Of a DNA stretch of 64,000 bases, positions 61,781 through 64,000 are shown piece by piece. The translations under genes were made by a program, and so were the position numbers. The notes under the pieces are model-generated. The model searched no databases. It was not told the DNA's origin and saw only the letters and a list, made by a program, of their open reading frames with translations. The stretch is from a virus (lineage: Duplodnaviria > Caudoviricetes), in IMG/VR virus record IMGVR_UViG_2758568729_000001, positions 1 through 64,000 of that record; one strand, 5' to 3'. Each line of letters starts with the position of its first letter. The first letter of the stretch is position 1.

Positions 61781-63061
61781 ATGACTACCGAAGTCGCGAC
61801 CCCACCAGCGGTGGAGAAGCCAAGCCCTGCCAAGGCACCCAAGGCGCAACCCACCGCCGACAAGCCCACCACCGTCCTCACCGTGCCCGCGAAGCCGGCT
61901 GCGGTTACCGGCGCCAACGTGGTCGCAATCGGCGGCACCGCAGCCGCTGCCGCCGGCCCGGTTGGTTGGGCTGTCGCCGCCGTCGTAGCCGGTGGCGCGG
62001 TCGCCGGGTACACCGTCCGCCGGGCGGTGATCCGCCGCAACGCGAAGGCTGACGGCGGCGGGACCCCGGGTGTCGGTCCTCTGTTCAGTGGCCGGCCACC
62101 TGCCGGCGGGGGGCGTAACAAGGGCTCGCGTGCCGGGGGAGGGGCGTCGAACCGGGCCGGGTCTGGCGGTACGAGCGGTGGTCGGTCGGACCGGTCGGGT
62201 GGCTCCTCGCGCACCGCAGCGCAGAGGGCGAAGTCGGCGGGCCGCAGCCTCCTGGACCGGCTGGGCCGCAAACCCGGCGGAGACAAGTCACCGGGCGGTG
62301 GGGGCGGGCGCAACAAGCGCACCACTGGAGGGCCGGCAAGCAAGATGAGCCGGGCCGCCGGCCGGGCCGCAGCCAGCGCAGCACGAGGGCTGTGGAACGC
62401 GGTCAAAGCACAACGGACCGCAGCCGCGAAGAAGAAGCAAGACCGCGCTGCCGCCGGCAAGAAGACGAAGCCTCAGAAGGCGTGGGGGTGGGCGCGGAAG
62501 ATCACGCGCCGGGTCCTCGGAAAGAAGGACCAGCCCAAGCCGGCCGCTAAGACACCCACGACGAAACCCGAAGCCCCGCGCGTGACCGGCGACAAGGTCC
62601 GCCGCGGTCAGGCGCCCGACGCCACCAACCAGAACCCGAGCAAGCCGGCGACCAACCGGGCCGCCCGCACCACCGAAAGGAACCCTCTCATGGGTAACAA
62701 CAACGCACAGCAGAGCACCAGCCCATTCTGGGCGGCGGCCCGGCAGGTCCACGCCACCGCAGCCCAGCACAAGCCCCGTGGCATGCTCGCCCGCCGGCAG
62801 GAGGCATTCGAGATGCCCGCCGCGCTCGGTGAGATCGCCGCCGGTCTGCGGCTCCTCGCCCAGACCCACACCTCCCAGGAGCCCCTGGAGCCGGCGTACG
62901 CCGCTGCGGTCATGCAGGTCGCCGCCACGGTCGAGTCCGCCGCCCAGGCGTCCCGCCACCTCGCCCCCGCCTTCGACGCACTCCACTCCGTCCAGGTCCG
63001 CCGGCTGTTGCAGCCGAAGGTCGGCGAGGACATGTGGGACACCGTCAACAACAAGCCCTGA
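61781..63061 (+). CDS. Plasmid transfer protein (TraA-like)
   Basis: AAGGAGG RBS; TM, basic G/R/K linker, C-terminal F..LH....RR...P..GE.MWD. Confidence 0.6.
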   Translation: MTTEVATPPAVEKPSPAKAPKAQPTADKPTTVLTVPAKPAAVTGANVVAIGGTAAAAAGPVGWAVAAVVAGGAVAGYTVRRAVIRRNAKADGGGTPGVGPLFSGRPPAGGGRNKGSRAGGGASNRAGSGGTSGGRSDRSGGSSRTAAQRAKSAGRSLLDRLGRKPGGDKSPGGGGGRNKRTTGGPASKMSRAAGRAAASAARGLWNAVKAQRTAAAKKKQDRAAAGKKTKPQKAWGWARKITRRVLGKKDQPKPAAKTPTTKPEAPRVTGDKVRRGQAPDATNQNPSKPATNRAARTTERNPLMGNNNAQQSTSPFWAAARQVHATAAQHKPRGMLARRQEAFEMPAALGEIAAGLRLLAQTHTSQEPLEPAYAAAVMQVAATVESAAQASRHLAPAFDALHSVQVRRLLQPKVGEDMWDTVNNKP

Positions 63062-63074
63062 TCGGACGACGACG

Positions 63075-64000
63075 ATGACGACGAGCAAGCGACGCCAGAA
63101 CAAGAACTGGCAGCTCGACTGGGCTGGCCGGCACGGCACCGCCTGGGGCACCGTCAACGCCTGCCTCACGGTGGTGTCCGTGGCGGTCGTCGGCCGGTAC
63201 GTGCAGGGCTGGTGGCCGATCCGGGAAACCCCGATGCTGCTGTTCGCCGCTGCGCTGACCGTGCTCGCCGTCGTCGCCGTTCTCGGCCGGGCGGCGGTAC
63301 GGAAGACCGGCACACCGGGCGCGACCGTCTTCTACCAGGTGTGCTGCATGGTCGGCGCCGGCATCTGGGTCATGTTCATGTACGCGGCCGACCAGTGGAC
63401 ATGGCGGTCGGTGATCTCCGGTGTCGCCGCCCTCGCGTTCGCGGCCATCGTCGCCGGGGTGCTCGCCGGGCTCGCGTCCGACGACCCACCCCCGGCAGAC
63501 GACGAGAAGAAGGAGGAGGAGGTTCCAGCTCGGCCGACCGTCGGCCCCGACGGGAACCCGGACGAGACCCTGCCAAAACGCAACGCCCTCGCGATCGAGT
63601 GGGAAGAACGGCTCAACCGGCTGTGCGACGTGCCGAAGGGCAGCACCGTGCAGGTGCCAAACGTCGAACTGTGGCCCAAGGGCAACGGGTACACCGTGGA
63701 AGCGGTCATGCCGGCCGTTGGTGGGTTGTCGTGGAAGACGGTCAACCAAGCGGCCGACTCGCTCGCCAACGACCTCGACCTTGACGAAGGGTGCCGCCTG
63801 AACGTCGAGATGGGGCCGTCCCGTCGGGTCGCGCTCATCGAGGTGATGACCCAATCGACCTTAGGGGAGGACCAACCGTACGGGGACGACTACAGCCCTC
63901 TGTCGATCTACGACCCACTCCCCGGTGCCGTACGCGATGACGGCACGGAGATCGGCCCCGAACTGCGGTCGAAGTGCATGCTCCTCGTCGGCGAAACCGG
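63075..64000 (+). CDS. TraB/FtsK-like DNA translocase, N-terminal part (truncated by window)
   Basis: Multiple N-terminal TM helices; frame ends in MLLVGETG, the start of a Walker A motif. Confidence 0.65.
   Translation, partial: MTTSKRRQNKNWQLDWAGRHGTAWGTVNACLTVVSVAVVGRYVQGWWPIRETPMLLFAAALTVLAVVAVLGRAAVRKTGTPGATVFYQVCCMVGAGIWVMFMYAADQWTWRSVISGVAALAFAAIVAGVLAGLASDDPPPADDEKKEEEVPARPTVGPDGNPDETLPKRNALAIEWEERLNRLCDVPKGSTVQVPNVELWPKGNGYTVEAVMPAVGGLSWKTVNQAADSLANDLDLDEGCRLNVEMGPSRRVALIEVMTQSTLGEDQPYGDDYSPLSIYDPLPGAVRDDGTEIGPELRSKCMLLVGET

Noticed and set aside
1-64000. Definite prophage call
   Set aside because: No capsid, terminase, tail, lysis or integrase genes in the window; TraB/Spd genes favour a conjugative element, though a phage-plasmid cannot be excluded.

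Overview
High-GC actinomycete-type mobile element DNA, most likely part of a giant conjugative plasmid, phage-plasmid or AICE. No housekeeping genes, virion genes, integrase or CRISPR array are visible. Left arm (mostly minus strand): a tRNA-repair operon (T4 Rnl1-like ligase, PNKP, nucleotidyltransferase, HAD), an array of 35 tRNA genes covering all 20 amino acids (9994-17454) interleaved with HNH, Endo VII, Lsr2, XRE and Sel1 genes, then a PIN toxin-antitoxin pair, HD hydrolase, BldC homologue, GIY-YIG, NADAR, HNH genes and a probable replication initiator with internal iterons. Right arm (plus strand, 33.9-57.4 kb): about nine promoter-headed modules of small genes, including a TGT/DpdA-like and a Mom-like DNA-modification enzyme. 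The window ends in a Streptomyces-type spd/traA/traB transfer locus with clt-like 8-bp repeats. Main candidate novelty: directly upstream of the tRNA array lies a 40-codon leader ORF using all 20 amino acids and 34 different codons, whose last codons form an antiterminator against the intrinsic terminator preceding the first tRNA. This looks like a pan-codon attenuator that turns on a replacement tRNA set when any tRNA is lost. Second: a 13-bp box (AACTTGRTAGATG) occurs 26 times, mostly as pairs 39-41 bp apart bracketing sigma70-like promoters, defining an element-wide regulon. All calls were made by eye from motifs; no searches or folding programs were run.
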